Position numbers and translations under genes: made by a program. A model generated the notes under the pieces. That model saw only the letters and a program-made list of their open reading frames with translations. It made no database searches and was not told where the DNA came from. From Candidatus Eiseniibacteriota bacterium (GTDB lineage Bacteria > ARS69), in NCBI GenBank assembly GCA_052390515.1, contig JBQTGV010000133.1, positions 1 to 31,282 on the forward strand: DNA of 31,282 nt, read 5' to 3'. Positions within the stretch are counted from its first letter, which is position 1. Each line of letters begins with the position of its first letter. Of the stretch, positions 8,519 to 17,854 are shown one piece after another.

Positions 8519-9541
8519 TTGTCCCACGGAAAACCCATCGATGTTCGCGGTATCGAGAAGGTGTTCCGCTCCAAGATCCTGCAGCGGCCCACGCGCGCGC
8601 TCCACGGCGTGGACCTGGAGATCGAGGAAGGCGAGATCTTCGGATTTCTCGGCCCCAACGGGGCCGGCAAGACCACGACGATCCGCATCCTGCTCGGCCT
8701 GATCCGCCCAACGGCGGGCTCCGGCCACGTGCTCGGCCGCGCCTTCGGCAGCGTGGAGTCGCGGCGGGAACTCGGCTTCCTCCCGGACTCGCCGAACTTC
8801 TACCAGTACCTCACCGCGCGCGAGCTGCTCGACTTCGCCGGGAAGCTGCACGGCATCGCCTCCCCGGAGCGCGCGCGCCGCATCGAGGACACGCTGGACC
8901 GTGTCGGCCTCGCCGGGCCGGCTCGCTCACGGCGGCTGCGCACCTACTCCCGCGGGATGCTGCAGCGCGTCGGGATCGCCCAGGCCATCCTGCACCGGCC
9001 GCGCCTGGTGATCCTGGACGAGCCGATGAACGGCCTGGATCCCATTGGCCGCGCCGAGTTCCGGGATCTCGTGCTCTCGCTCAAGCGCGACGGCGTCACC
9101 GTGTTCCTCTCCTCCCACGTGCTCGCCGACATCGAGACCACCGCCGACCGCGTGGCCATCCTGGACCGCGGGCGGATCGTGCGCGCGGGATCTCTCCGTG
9201 AGATCCTGGCCGGTGACGGACGGACGATCGAGCTGTCCTTCGAGCTTGCGCCGGGCGAAGCGCTGTCGGCTGTCTCGCGGCGGCTTGGCGAGTTCCGCCG
9301 CGGACCGGACGGCTGGATCGGCGAGGCGAAGGATCCCGCGGACGCTTCGGCCGCGGTGCGCGCCGTGCTGGACGCCGGCGGGCGGCTGATCGAGTACGGC
9401 CGGAAGCGCGTCACCCTGGAGGCGTTCTTCGTGAGCCAGGTGAGCGGCCGTGACGGCCGCGGCGTGCAGCGCAGCGGCGGGCCGGAATCGTCCGGGCTGC
9501 TCCCGCGTCCCGGAACGAAGCCGCAGGAGGTGCGCACGTGA
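8519..9541 (+). CDS. ABC transporter ATP-binding protein (Myxococcus PilH-like)
   Basis: GPNGAGKTT, signature YSRGMLQR, ILDEP.NGLDP, SSH. TTG start after GGAGGA; located just after pilA. Confidence 0.9.
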   Translation: MSHGKPIDVRGIEKVFRSKILQRPTRALHGVDLEIEEGEIFGFLGPNGAGKTTTIRILLGLIRPTAGSGHVLGRAFGSVESRRELGFLPDSPNFYQYLTARELLDFAGKLHGIASPERARRIEDTLDRVGLAGPARSRRLRTYSRGMLQRVGIAQAILHRPRLVILDEPMNGLDPIGRAEFRDLVLSLKRDGVTVFLSSHVLADIETTADRVAILDRGRIVRAGSLREILAGDGRTIELSFELAPGEALSAVSRRLGEFRRGPDGWIGEAKDPADASAAVRAVLDAGGRLIEYGRKRVTLEAFFVSQVSGRDGRGVQRSGGPESSGLLPRPGTKPQEVRT

Positions 9542-10305
9542 GTCACGCCGTGATCCTCGCGCGCAATACGTTCCGGGAGTCGGTCCGGGACCGCGTGCTC
9601 GTGGCCGTGCTCGCGTTCGGAGCCGTATTCGTGGCCGCGTCGGTCGTGCTCGCCCCGCTGACCCTCGGCGAGCAGGAGCGCGTCGTCCGCGACCTCGGCC
9701 TCGCCGCCATCAGCTTCTTCACGCTGCTGCTCATCGTGCTGCTCGGCACCGCCATGGTCTACCGCGAGGTCGAGCGCCGCACGATCCAGACGATCCTCAC
9801 GCTTCCGGTGAGCCGGCCGGCGTTCATCCTCGGCAAGTTCCTGGGCTTCTACGCCACGGTGCTGGTCAGCCTCCTGCTGCTCGCCGCGGTCTACCTGGCT
9901 GTGGTTGCGTTGTTCGGCGGCGGCGTGCGCGTGCACCTGCTGGCGACGCTCGGGCTGGCGGCGCTGGAGGCGATGGTCGTGACGTCGGTCGCCATCCTCT
10001 TCTCGACGATCGCCTCGCCGCTGCTGTCGGCGGTGTTCACGTTCCTCGTGTTCGTCGCCGGGCACCTGGCGCAGGACGTGAAGCGGCTCACCGAGGTAGC
10101 GGACAATCCCGGGCTCGGTGCCGCCACCTCCGTCATCGCCGCGGTGCTGCCCGCGCTGCACCACTTCGACGCGCGCAACAACCTGCTGGCCGGAATCGCC
10201 GTTCCGCCGGCCCAGCTCGGGGCGTGCGCGGCGTACGCGGTGCTGTACTCGGCGGCGGTGCTGGCGGTGACGATCCTCGCGTTCGGGCGGCGGGACTTCG
10301 AATGA
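9538..10305 (+). CDS. ABC-2 type permease (Myxococcus PilI-like)
   Basis: ARNTFRESVRDR, EVERRTI..IL.LPVSR..FILGKFLG, about six TM segments, C-terminal F.RRDF. GTGA overlap with the ATPase. Confidence 0.85.
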   Translation: MSHAVILARNTFRESVRDRVLVAVLAFGAVFVAASVVLAPLTLGEQERVVRDLGLAAISFFTLLLIVLLGTAMVYREVERRTIQTILTLPVSRPAFILGKFLGFYATVLVSLLLLAAVYLAVVALFGGGVRVHLLATLGLAALEAMVVTSVAILFSTIASPLLSAVFTFLVFVAGHLAQDVKRLTEVADNPGLGAATSVIAAVLPALHHFDARNNLLAGIAVPPAQLGACAAYAVLYSAAVLAVTILAFGRRDFE

Positions 10306-11369
10306 TCCGCGCTGCCGTGCTGCTGGCCGTGGCGCTCGCGCTCGGAGCCGGCGCGAACGCGGCCGGCGGGAGAGCAGCCGCCGCGCGGGTCACCGGCGAA
10401 TACGACGAGGACTTGATGTACCTGCCCGAGGGCCGGATCCTGCGCATGGCGAGCCTCGGGCACCGCGCGTTCGCCGCGGATCTCGTCTGGCTCAAGACGA
10501 TCCAGTACTACGGCGCGCAGCGGCTGACCACGCGCACCTACGACCAGGCCGAGCGACTCTTCCAGGCCATCTATGATCTGGATCCGCACTTCAAGGGGGC
10601 CACGCGCTTCGGCGCGCTCGTGCTGGCGCAAGACGCCGGCAACCCGCAGGGCGCGCTGACCTTGCTCGAACGCGCCCGCCGCGAGCATCCCGCGGACTGG
10701 GAGTACCCCTTCGACGAGGGCTTCGTCTGTCAGACGGTGACGAAGGAGTACGCGCGCGCGGGCGAAGCGTACCGTGCCGCCTCCGAGCTGCCCGGAGCGC
10801 CGGATCTGGCCATCCGCCTCGCCGGCATCTCCTTCGCCAAGCTCGGCGACCGCGCCTCGGCCCGGGAAGTGTGGCGGTCCCTCCTCGACGAGACCGACAA
10901 CGAGATGCTGGTGCGGATCGCCGAGCGGAGCCTGGCGAACCTCGACATGGAGGACGCGCAGGATCTGCTGACCGAGGCGGCGGCGCGCTTCCGGGAGGAA
11001 CGCGGCCGGGACGCTGCCGACTGGGGCGAGCTGATGGCGGCCGGACTCCTGGACCGCGTTCCCGTCGAACCGTTCGGCGGGGCCTACTACCTGGATGCGG
11101 GCTCCGGCAGGGTCTGGTCCACGACCCACGTCGACCGGCGGATGGCCCAGGAACGGGACATCTTCGCCGGGCTCGTGCAACGGCTCCGGCAGGCCGATGG
11201 AAGGTGGCCGGCCGGGCTCGACGCTGTCGTGGAGCAAGGGCTCGCACATTTCGGGCCCTGGGAGCCGTTCGGCCTGCGCCTCACGTACGATGTCTCCACC
11301 GGCGTCGTGGCCTGGAACCCGCCGTGGCCCGAGATCGAGCCCGGCAAGCACGGGGAGGCGAAGCTGTGA
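10302..11369 (+). CDS. Pilus-associated TPR-like protein (Myxococcus PilG / Geobacter XapA-like)
   Basis: N-terminal hydrophobic/signal segment, YLP...LR.ASLG....AADL.WL..IQYYG, LDP.F, and TPR-like helices. ATGA overlap with the permease; this is the 3' part of ORF 9450..11369. Confidence 0.7.
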   Translation: MIRAAVLLAVALALGAGANAAGGRAAAARVTGEYDEDLMYLPEGRILRMASLGHRAFAADLVWLKTIQYYGAQRLTTRTYDQAERLFQAIYDLDPHFKGATRFGALVLAQDAGNPQGALTLLERARREHPADWEYPFDEGFVCQTVTKEYARAGEAYRAASELPGAPDLAIRLAGISFAKLGDRASAREVWRSLLDETDNEMLVRIAERSLANLDMEDAQDLLTEAAARFREERGRDAADWGELMAAGLLDRVPVEPFGGAYYLDAGSGRVWSTTHVDRRMAQERDIFAGLVQRLRQADGRWPAGLDAVVEQGLAHFGPWEPFGLRLTYDVSTGVVAWNPPWPEIEPGKHGEAKL

Positions 11370-12130
11370 ACGCGAAGCTCGTGCTGCTCGCCGTGCTGGG
11401 CGCCGCCTGCGGCAGCTTCCTGAACGTGGTGATCTGGCGGCTGCCGCGGAAGATGTCGGTCGTCACGCCGCGCTCGCGCTGTCCGGAGTGCTCGAAGCCG
11501 ATCGCGCCGTGGGACAACGTGCCGCTCGTCTCCTGGATCTTCCTGCGGGGACGGTGCCGCGGCTGCGGCGCGGGCATCCCGGTGCGCTATCCGTTCGTCG
11601 AGGCGGTGACCGCGGCGCTCTTCGTGCTGGCCGGCCTGCACGCCGCGGAGCCGCTGACTCTCGCGTTCACGCTGCTCTTCCTCTCCGCGATGGTCGTAGT
11701 CACGTTCATCGACCTGGACCACATGATCATCCCGGATGTGATCACCATTCCGGGGATGGCGCTCGGGCTGATCGCCGCGTTCCTGGGTGCAGCCGTGGAG
11801 CCGGGGCAGGCGCTCGTCGGCGTGCTGGCCGGCGGCGGCGGGCTCTTCGCCGTGGCCACCGCCTACCGCGCCGCGACCGGCCGTGACGGCCTCGGCGGTG
11901 GCGACATCAAGCTGCTCGGCATGGTCGGCGCCTTCCTCGGACCGGTCGGCGCGTTTCTCACCGTGCTGATCGGCTCTCTCGCGGGAACGCTCTTCGCCTG
12001 CGCGCTCATGCTCAACCACCGCGCGAGCCGCACGGCTGCGCTCCCCTTCGGAACCTTCCTCGCCCCCGGTGCCGTCCTCGTGCTCTTCCTCGGCGCGCGC
12101 ATCGTGAGCTCCTACTGGGGCCTGTTCTGA
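11366..12130 (+). CDS. pilD: Prepilin peptidase / N-methyltransferase
   Basis: GSFLNVVIWRLP, RSRCPEC...WDNVPL.SW..LRGRCRGC, RYP.VE, IDLD, GGGD.KL and LPFG.FL. GTGA overlap; this is the 3' part of ORF 10871..12130. Confidence 0.95.
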   Translation: MNAKLVLLAVLGAACGSFLNVVIWRLPRKMSVVTPRSRCPECSKPIAPWDNVPLVSWIFLRGRCRGCGAGIPVRYPFVEAVTAALFVLAGLHAAEPLTLAFTLLFLSAMVVVTFIDLDHMIIPDVITIPGMALGLIAAFLGAAVEPGQALVGVLAGGGGLFAVATAYRAATGRDGLGGGDIKLLGMVGAFLGPVGAFLTVLIGSLAGTLFACALMLNHRASRTAALPFGTFLAPGAVLVLFLGARIVSSYWGLF

Positions 12131-13980
12131 TGTCCGGCGCCTCGGCAACGACGAGGCGTCGTCCCGCTCCCGAAACCGCCGCGGGGCCGAACCGGCCGCC
12201 GCGTCGCCCTTCGCCTGGGAGACCTCCGGCGTCCTCGAAGAACGAGCGCCGTCCGGTCGCCGCCGTGGCGTTCGCCGTGTTCCTGGGCGCGCTCGTGGTC
12301 GTGCTCCTGCAGGTGAGCGCGCGGCTGCGGGACACGCTCGAGGAACGGCTCGGGCGAAGCCTGCAGGCGGCGGCGGACCTCTCCGCGGAGGCGATGCGCT
12401 CCGAAGGAACGGAGCTGGAGCCCGGCGGCGGACTTTGGCTGCGGCTCGAGGAGATCCGCCGCGTCACCTCGGTGACGGACATCTGGATCTACGACCGCGC
12501 GGGGCGCCTGCTCGGCGGCTCGACCGAGGGGACGCGCGCCGCGGCGGTGCCGAGCCGGGTGCTGCTCGGCGAGCGGCCGGTCGACGCGCCAGCATCCGAG
12601 CCACGCCGGCCGGAGCACGACGCGGCCGGAGGACTCTCGCTGCTCGTGCCGCTGCCGCAGGAGTCGGGCGCGGGGGCGCTGCTGCTGCGTCTCGACGGCG
12701 AGGCGCAGAGCGGGCTCGCGGCGGTCGACTTCGTCTTCCAGGTGGCCAAGGCCGTCGGGCTCGTAGCGGTGGCCGCCGGGCTGCTCGTGCTGCTCCGCTG
12801 GGTCGCGCGCGGGCCGGTGCTGCCGTCCGCGGGCTCGCCGCCGCCTTCCTCCGACGTGGACCTCGTGCTCGGCACCATGCGCGAGGTGATGACCACGCTC
12901 AAGGACAGCGAGACGCAGTACCGGGACCGCGTGACGGCGGCGGAGGCCGACGCGGAGCTGTGGCGGCAGACGAGCGATCTCATCCTCGAGTCTCTGCCCT
13001 CTGGCGTCGTCGCCTTCGACTCCGCCGGCCGGATCACGCTTTTCAACCGCGCCGCCGAGGAGATCCTGGCGGTGCCGGCACGGACCGTGCGCGGGCGGAC
13101 TCTCGCCGACGCGCTCGGCGGGGACGATCCGGTGGCTCGCCTCGGGCATCCCGCGCCACGCACCGAGCTGGCTCGGACCGACGCGGCGGGCCGCGCGCGC
13201 TGGCTCGGCATCTCCGGCTCGGTGCTGCGCCGTCACGACGGCGCGCCGATCGGCGGGATCCTGGTCGTCTCCGACCTGACGGAGACGAAGACGCTCCGCG
13301 AGCAGATGGAGCTGAAGGACCGGCTCTCCGCGGTGGGAGAGATGTCCGCGGGGCTGGCGCACGAGATCAAGAACTCGCTGCACTCCCTGATGGGCTTCGC
13401 CAACCTGCTGCGCGAGGACTTCCCGGCGGAGCCGCCGCTCCCGGTGCGCGGCATCCTCACCGAGGTGGAGACGCTGGAGGCGATGGTGAAGGGCATTCTC
13501 GAATTCTCGCGACCTTCGCTCCTGGTGAAGGCGCCGGTCTCGGTGAACGATCTCGTGCGGGACGTGGCCGACTCCGTGGCCGAGGCCGCCCGCCGGGCCG
13601 GCGTCGACGTTCGCCTGGAGACCGACGAGGCCGTGCCGCCGGCGTGCATCGACGCGGAGGCCGTTCGCCGCGCGTTCCTGAACCTGGCGAAGAACGCCGT
13701 CGAGGCGATGGAGAAGGGTGGGACGCTCACGATCGCCACCCGTCCGTCCGAAGGAACGCCTGGGGAGGTGCGCGTCGCGTTCCGGGACACGGGCCCGGGG
13801 ATTCCCGAGGCGGACCGCCAGAGGATCTTCACGCCGTTCTGGTCCACGAAGCGGGACGGCTCCGGCCTGGGGCTCGCGCTCGCGCACAAGACGGTGACCG
13901 ACCACGGTGGGCGGCTCGCGCTGCTCTCCCGCGTCGGAGTCGGTTCCGAGTTCGTGATCCACTTCCCGGTGGAGGGTTGA
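12130..13980 (+). CDS. Second sensor histidine kinase (PilS2-like position)
   Basis: Two TM segments flanking an extracytoplasmic domain, PAS-like LPSGVVAFD..GRITLFNRAAE, H-box AHEIKNSL, NLAKNA, DTGPGI and GSGLGL. Start uncertain, although a TGATG overlap with pilD exists. Confidence 0.85.
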   Translation: MSGASATTRRRPAPETAAGPNRPPRRPSPGRPPASSKNERRPVAAVAFAVFLGALVVVLLQVSARLRDTLEERLGRSLQAAADLSAEAMRSEGTELEPGGGLWLRLEEIRRVTSVTDIWIYDRAGRLLGGSTEGTRAAAVPSRVLLGERPVDAPASEPRRPEHDAAGGLSLLVPLPQESGAGALLLRLDGEAQSGLAAVDFVFQVAKAVGLVAVAAGLLVLLRWVARGPVLPSAGSPPPSSDVDLVLGTMREVMTTLKDSETQYRDRVTAAEADAELWRQTSDLILESLPSGVVAFDSAGRITLFNRAAEEILAVPARTVRGRTLADALGGDDPVARLGHPAPRTELARTDAAGRARWLGISGSVLRRHDGAPIGGILVVSDLTETKTLREQMELKDRLSAVGEMSAGLAHEIKNSLHSLMGFANLLREDFPAEPPLPVRGILTEVETLEAMVKGILEFSRPSLLVKAPVSVNDLVRDVADSVAEAARRAGVDVRLETDEAVPPACIDAEAVRRAFLNLAKNAVEAMEKGGTLTIATRPSEGTPGEVRVAFRDTGPGIPEADRQRIFTPFWSTKRDGSGLGLALAHKTVTDHGGRLALLSRVGVGSEFVIHFPVEG

Positions 13981-13983
13981 CCC

Positions 13984-15312
13984 GTGAGGAAGCGGCTCGT
14001 GCTCGTGGAGGACCGCGAGACCACGCGCGAGATGCTGGCCGAGACGATGCGCCGCCGCGGCTGGGAAGTCGTGGCCGGCGGGTCGGTGGCCGAGGGCCGG
14101 CGCCTGCTCGAGGAGCGCGCCGCGGACCTGCTGCTCACCGACCTGCAGCTTCCGGACGGCTCCGGGCTCGCGCTGCTGGCGCACGGCACGGCCCGGGACG
14201 CGCGGCTCCCGGTCATCGTGATGAGCGCCTTCGGCACGATCGAGATCGCCGTGGAGGCGATGAAGAACGGCGCGTACGATTTCGTGACCAAGCCCTTCGA
14301 CACGAATCATCTCGTCTCGCTGATCACCCGCGCCGCGGAGCGCCGGCCGCGCGCCCAGGACTCGGGCGAAGCGCCGCCGGCGGCCGACCGCGGCGGCCTC
14401 GCCGGCGAGAGCCCGGCCATCCGCGCGACGATCGCCGCGGCGCGCAAGGTGGCCCCGAGCGACGCCACCGTGCTCGTGCTGGGGGAGAGCGGCACCGGCA
14501 AGGAGCTCGTCGCCCGCGCGATCCACGCCTGGAGCGGGCGCTCCGCCGGCCCGATGCTCGCCGTGAACTGCGCGGCCATCCCCGGCGAGCTCATGGAATC
14601 GGAGTTCTTCGGCGCGGAGCGCGGCTCGTACACCGGCGCGAACTCGCGCAAGCTCGGCAAGGTGGAGCTGGCCTCCGGCGGCACACTCTTCCTGGACGAG
14701 ATCGCCGAGCTGCCCGCCGCGCTTCAGGCCAAGCTGCTGCGCGTGCTGCAGGAGCGCACGTACATGCGCGTCGGCGGCACCGAGGAGCTGCACACCGACA
14801 TCCGGGTCATCGCCGCGACGAACCGCAATCTTACCGAGCTGGTCGAGCGCGGCGATTTCCGCGAGGATCTGTACTACCGCGTGGCGGTGTTTCCGATCCG
14901 CGTCCCCGCGCTGCGCGAGCGTCCGGAGGACATCGCACCCCTGGCCCGGGAGCTGGCCGGCCGCGCCGGCGCGTCCGTCACGGAGGAGGGCATCGCCGTG
15001 CTCGAGTCCAGGGCCTGGCCCGGAAACGTCCGCGAGCTTCAGAACGCGCTCGAGCGCGCCGTCATCCTGGCGGAAGGCGAGCCGATCGGGCCGGAGCACT
15101 TCGAGGGCGAAGACGCGCTGCGCGGCGAGGTGGCGCTCCCGGTCGGCGCTTCGCTCAAGGACGTGGGGCGAAGGGCGCTGCGCCTGGCCGAGGAGCGGGC
15201 CATCCGTGGAGCGCTGGCCGAGTCCCGCGGGAACAAGGCCGAGGCCGCGAGGCGGCTCGGCATCTCGTACAAGACGCTGTGGTCCAAGCTGAAGGAGTAC
15301 GAAATGGGGTGA
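13984..15312 (+). CDS. Second sigma54-dependent response regulator (PilR2-like position)
   Basis: Receiver LVED...[67 protein letters not shown]. Confidence 0.9.
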   Translation: MRKRLVLVEDRETTREMLAETMRRRGWEVVAGGSVAEGRRLLEERAADLLLTDLQLPDGSGLALLAHGTARDARLPVIVMSAFGTIEIAVEAMKNGAYDFVTKPFDTNHLVSLITRAAERRPRAQDSGEAPPAADRGGLAGESPAIRATIAAARKVAPSDATVLVLGESGTGKELVARAIHAWSGRSAGPMLAVNCAAIPGELMESEFFGAERGSYTGANSRKLGKVELASGGTLFLDEIAELPAALQAKLLRVLQERTYMRVGGTEELHTDIRVIAATNRNLTELVERGDFREDLYYRVAVFPIRVPALRERPEDIAPLARELAGRAGASVTEEGIAVLESRAWPGNVRELQNALERAVILAEGEPIGPEHFEGEDALRGEVALPVGASLKDVGRRALRLAEERAIRGALAESRGNKAEAARRLGISYKTLWSKLKEYEMG

Positions 15313-16766
15313 CGCGGATCCTGACTCCCATCGCGGCGCTGCTGCTCCCGTGCGGAGCCTTCGCCCAGGCCATCTCCGGCACGCCGGCCGAGCCGCGCGG
15401 CTCCGCCGCTCCGGTCGTGCTCGATCATCTCGAGGCGCCGAAGGAGATCGCGCTGGGGACGATGGCGCTGCGCGTGTGGGCCGTGCTCCGCCAGGAAGGC
15501 GGTGCCGCCTCCATCACCGGCGCCGAGATGCGCTTCGGGGACGGCGACGACGCGCAGGCCGTCCCGATGGAGGCACTGGACGGCGCGTTCGACTCGCCGA
15601 TCGAGGAAGCGGTCGGCACGGTGGACACGTACTCGTGGGTGCAGGACGGCCAGCACGAGTGGGAGCTCTCCGCCACGACCGACGTCGGCGCGCCGGCCGT
15701 CGTGAGCCGCGGCGTGATCCGCGTGAAGGGCCGCATCTCCACGCCGGACCTCCTGCTCTTCGATGCGCGCGGTACGGCGCAGCCCTGGATCGGGAGCGGC
15801 GCCGGCGGCTTCGCTCCGTCGGGCGCGCTGGAGTCCGGTCTGCCGGTCTTCGCCCCGTTCCTCACCGACGCGGACAAGGATGGTCTCGTCGACGTCGTCG
15901 GCCCGACCGAGCACGGCCGGGTGCGCATCTGGAAGAACCGCGGCTCGGGCCGCTTCGAGGTGGTGCGGACGCTGGAGATCGGTCGCGAGACGGTGTGCGG
16001 CGTGTTCGGGGACGTGGACGGCGACGGCCGCGCCGACCTCGTCACCGCGACCGCCCGGCAGACGCTGGAGGTCCGGCGGAGCCTGGCCGACGATCCCGAC
16101 TTCGCCACGAGCCTGACGTTGGCGCCCGAGCACCTGGCGCTCGCCGACCTGACCGGGGACGGCCGGGCGGAGATCTGCGTCGCGCTGCTGGGTCTGTCCC
16201 AGGGGGAGATCCAGGTCTGGACCGAGGGCGAGAACGGGTTCTGGGCCCCCAGCCACCGCCTGGAGGCTCCCCCGGAGGGTCGCGGGCGGATCCGCCAGCT
16301 GGTCCCGGGACGGGGGGGTTCGGGGCTCCTGGTCGTCTCGGAGGTCCCCGGCGAAGCAATGCTTGAGTCCTGGGTACCCCCTGCCGATACGAAAGCCGTG
16401 TCCGTACCGGTATGCCGCGCGCGCTATCGAGTGCCCGGCGAGCCGGTGCAGGTCGTGGCCGGGCGCTTCTCGGAAGAGACGCGCTGGGCGGCCGCGGTCC
16501 GGGAAGGACCCGGCGCGGCGCTCTACGGCATCCGGGAGCCGGCGGAGCTGGTTGTCCTCGGCACACTGGAAGAAGTGCCGGAAGCAGTCGGGGTTCTGGA
16601 CCTCGACGGCGACGGAGACGACGACCTGGTGACGGGTGGGAGCGAGCTTCGCCTCTGGATCAACGTCCGGGGCGAAGAGCTGCGGGAGGCCGGCGAGTCT
16701 CCCTACCTGCTCGACAGCCCGGTGGTCGCGCTCGCCTGCGGAAACCTGGACGAGCGGGGGTCCTAG
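15309..16766 (+). CDS. Secreted FG-GAP/VCBS-repeat beta-propeller protein
   Basis: Signal peptide [19 protein letters not shown]; repeats DADKDGLVDVV, GDVDGDGRADLV, ADLTGDGRAEI and LDLDGDGDDDLV. GTGA overlap with the regulator; this is the last 485 aa of the 1443-aa track ORF. Confidence 0.8.
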   Translation: MTRILTPIAALLLPCGAFAQAISGTPAEPRGSAAPVVLDHLEAPKEIALGTMALRVWAVLRQEGGAASITGAEMRFGDGDDAQAVPMEALDGAFDSPIEEAVGTVDTYSWVQDGQHEWELSATTDVGAPAVVSRGVIRVKGRISTPDLLLFDARGTAQPWIGSGAGGFAPSGALESGLPVFAPFLTDADKDGLVDVVGPTEHGRVRIWKNRGSGRFEVVRTLEIGRETVCGVFGDVDGDGRADLVTATARQTLEVRRSLADDPDFATSLTLAPEHLALADLTGDGRAEICVALLGLSQGEIQVWTEGENGFWAPSHRLEAPPEGRGRIRQLVPGRGGSGLLVVSEVPGEAMLESWVPPADTKAVSVPVCRARYRVPGEPVQVVAGRFSEETRWAAAVREGPGAALYGIREPAELVVLGTLEEVPEAVGVLDLDGDGDDDLVTGGSELRLWINVRGEELREAGESPYLLDSPVVALACGNLDERGS

Positions 16767-16800
16767 AGGGCTCAGGCCCCCCCGAGGAGATGGAGGCAGC

Positions 16801-17853
16801 ATGTTCAAGTTCAGTCGGGGAGCGAAGCGAACCGTCGGCCTCGACATCGGCTCCAGCTCCGTCAAGGTGGTCGAGTTCGACCACTCGGGCGAGGCTCCGA
16901 GACTCGTCAAGTTCGGGCGGTGCGGGCTCCTTCCGGAAGCGATCGTGGACGGCGAGATCATGGACCGCGACGTCGTCGTGGACACCATCGCCGAGCTCAT
17001 GGAAGTGAACGACATCCACTCCCGGGACGTGGTCACCGCGGTGAGCGGACGCGCGGTCATCGTGAAGAAGATCCAGATGGACAAGATGACCGACGACGAG
17101 GCCCGCGAGGCGATCCGCTGGGAGGCCGAGCAGCACATCCCGTTCGACATCGACGACGTGTCGCTCGACTTCCAAGTGCTGAACCGCGACGCGACCCCGG
17201 AGCGGATGGACGTGCTGCTGTGCGCGGCGAAGCGGGAGATGCTCGAGGCCCGCGCGGAGCTGATCCGCTCCGCCGGTCTCGTGCCGGTGGTGATCGACAT
17301 CGATTCGTTCGCCGTGCAGAACGCCTACGAGCACGCCTACGAGCATGCCGAGGGCTCGGTCACGCTGCTGCTGAACGTGGGCTGCTTCGTCACCAACGTG
17401 AACATCGTGAAGGACGGCGTGCCGTACTTCACCCGCGACCTGTCCTTCGCCGGCAACGCCATCTTGGAGGCGGTGCAGAAGGATCTGGGCGTCGATTACG
17501 AGGAGGCCAACGCCATCCTGGAAAACCCGGGAGAGGAGCGCAAGGACGATCTGGTTTCCATCGTCGGCTTCGTCGGCGAGGAACTGGCCGTGGGCATCGA
17601 CAAATCGCTGTCGTACCTGCGCGCCTCGGGCGAGGCCGATCACGTGGACCGCATCGTGCTGTCCGGCGGGAGCGCCTTCGCGCCCGGCCTGCGCGAATCG
17701 ATCGAGAAGCGTCAGGGCTCGCCGGTGGAGATCGCCAACCCGTTCCGCAACGTCACCTGGGACGACGGCGTCTTCGGCGACCACGATCCGAACCACGTCG
17801 GTCCCCAGTACATGGTCGCGGCGGGTCTCGCGCTGCGGACGGGAGGGGAGTGA
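16801..17853 (+). CDS. pilM: Type IV pilus assembly protein PilM
   Basis: VGLDIGSSSVKVVE, EAEQHIPF.IDDV.LDFQ, LSGGSA, ANPF and GLALR. SD GGAGG before ATG 16801. Confidence 0.93.
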   Translation: MFKFSRGAKRTVGLDIGSSSVKVVEFDHSGEAPRLVKFGRCGLLPEAIVDGEIMDRDVVVDTIAELMEVNDIHSRDVVTAVSGRAVIVKKIQMDKMTDDEAREAIRWEAEQHIPFDIDDVSLDFQVLNRDATPERMDVLLCAAKREMLEARAELIRSAGLVPVVIDIDSFAVQNAYEHAYEHAEGSVTLLLNVGCFVTNVNIVKDGVPYFTRDLSFAGNAILEAVQKDLGVDYEEANAILENPGEERKDDLVSIVGFVGEELAVGIDKSLSYLRASGEADHVDRIVLSGGSAFAPGLRESIEKRQGSPVEIANPFRNVTWDDGVFGDHDPNHVGPQYMVAAGLALRTGGE

Positions 17854-17854
17854 G

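Noticed and set aside
254-15099. Long antisense ORFs (254..2335, 2175..4784, 5823..7625, 12112..15099 and others)
   Set aside because: They are typical stop-poor shadow frames opposite real genes in high-GC DNA and show no motifs.
12435-16766. 1443-aa ORF as one giant protein
   Set aside because: The first 958 codons are Arg/Gly/Ala-rich off-frame shadow of the kinase and regulator genes. Only the part from GTG 15309 looks like a real protein.
16755-16784. Terminator between the FG-GAP gene and pilM
   Set aside because: The G/C hairpin is imperfect and has no U-tract.
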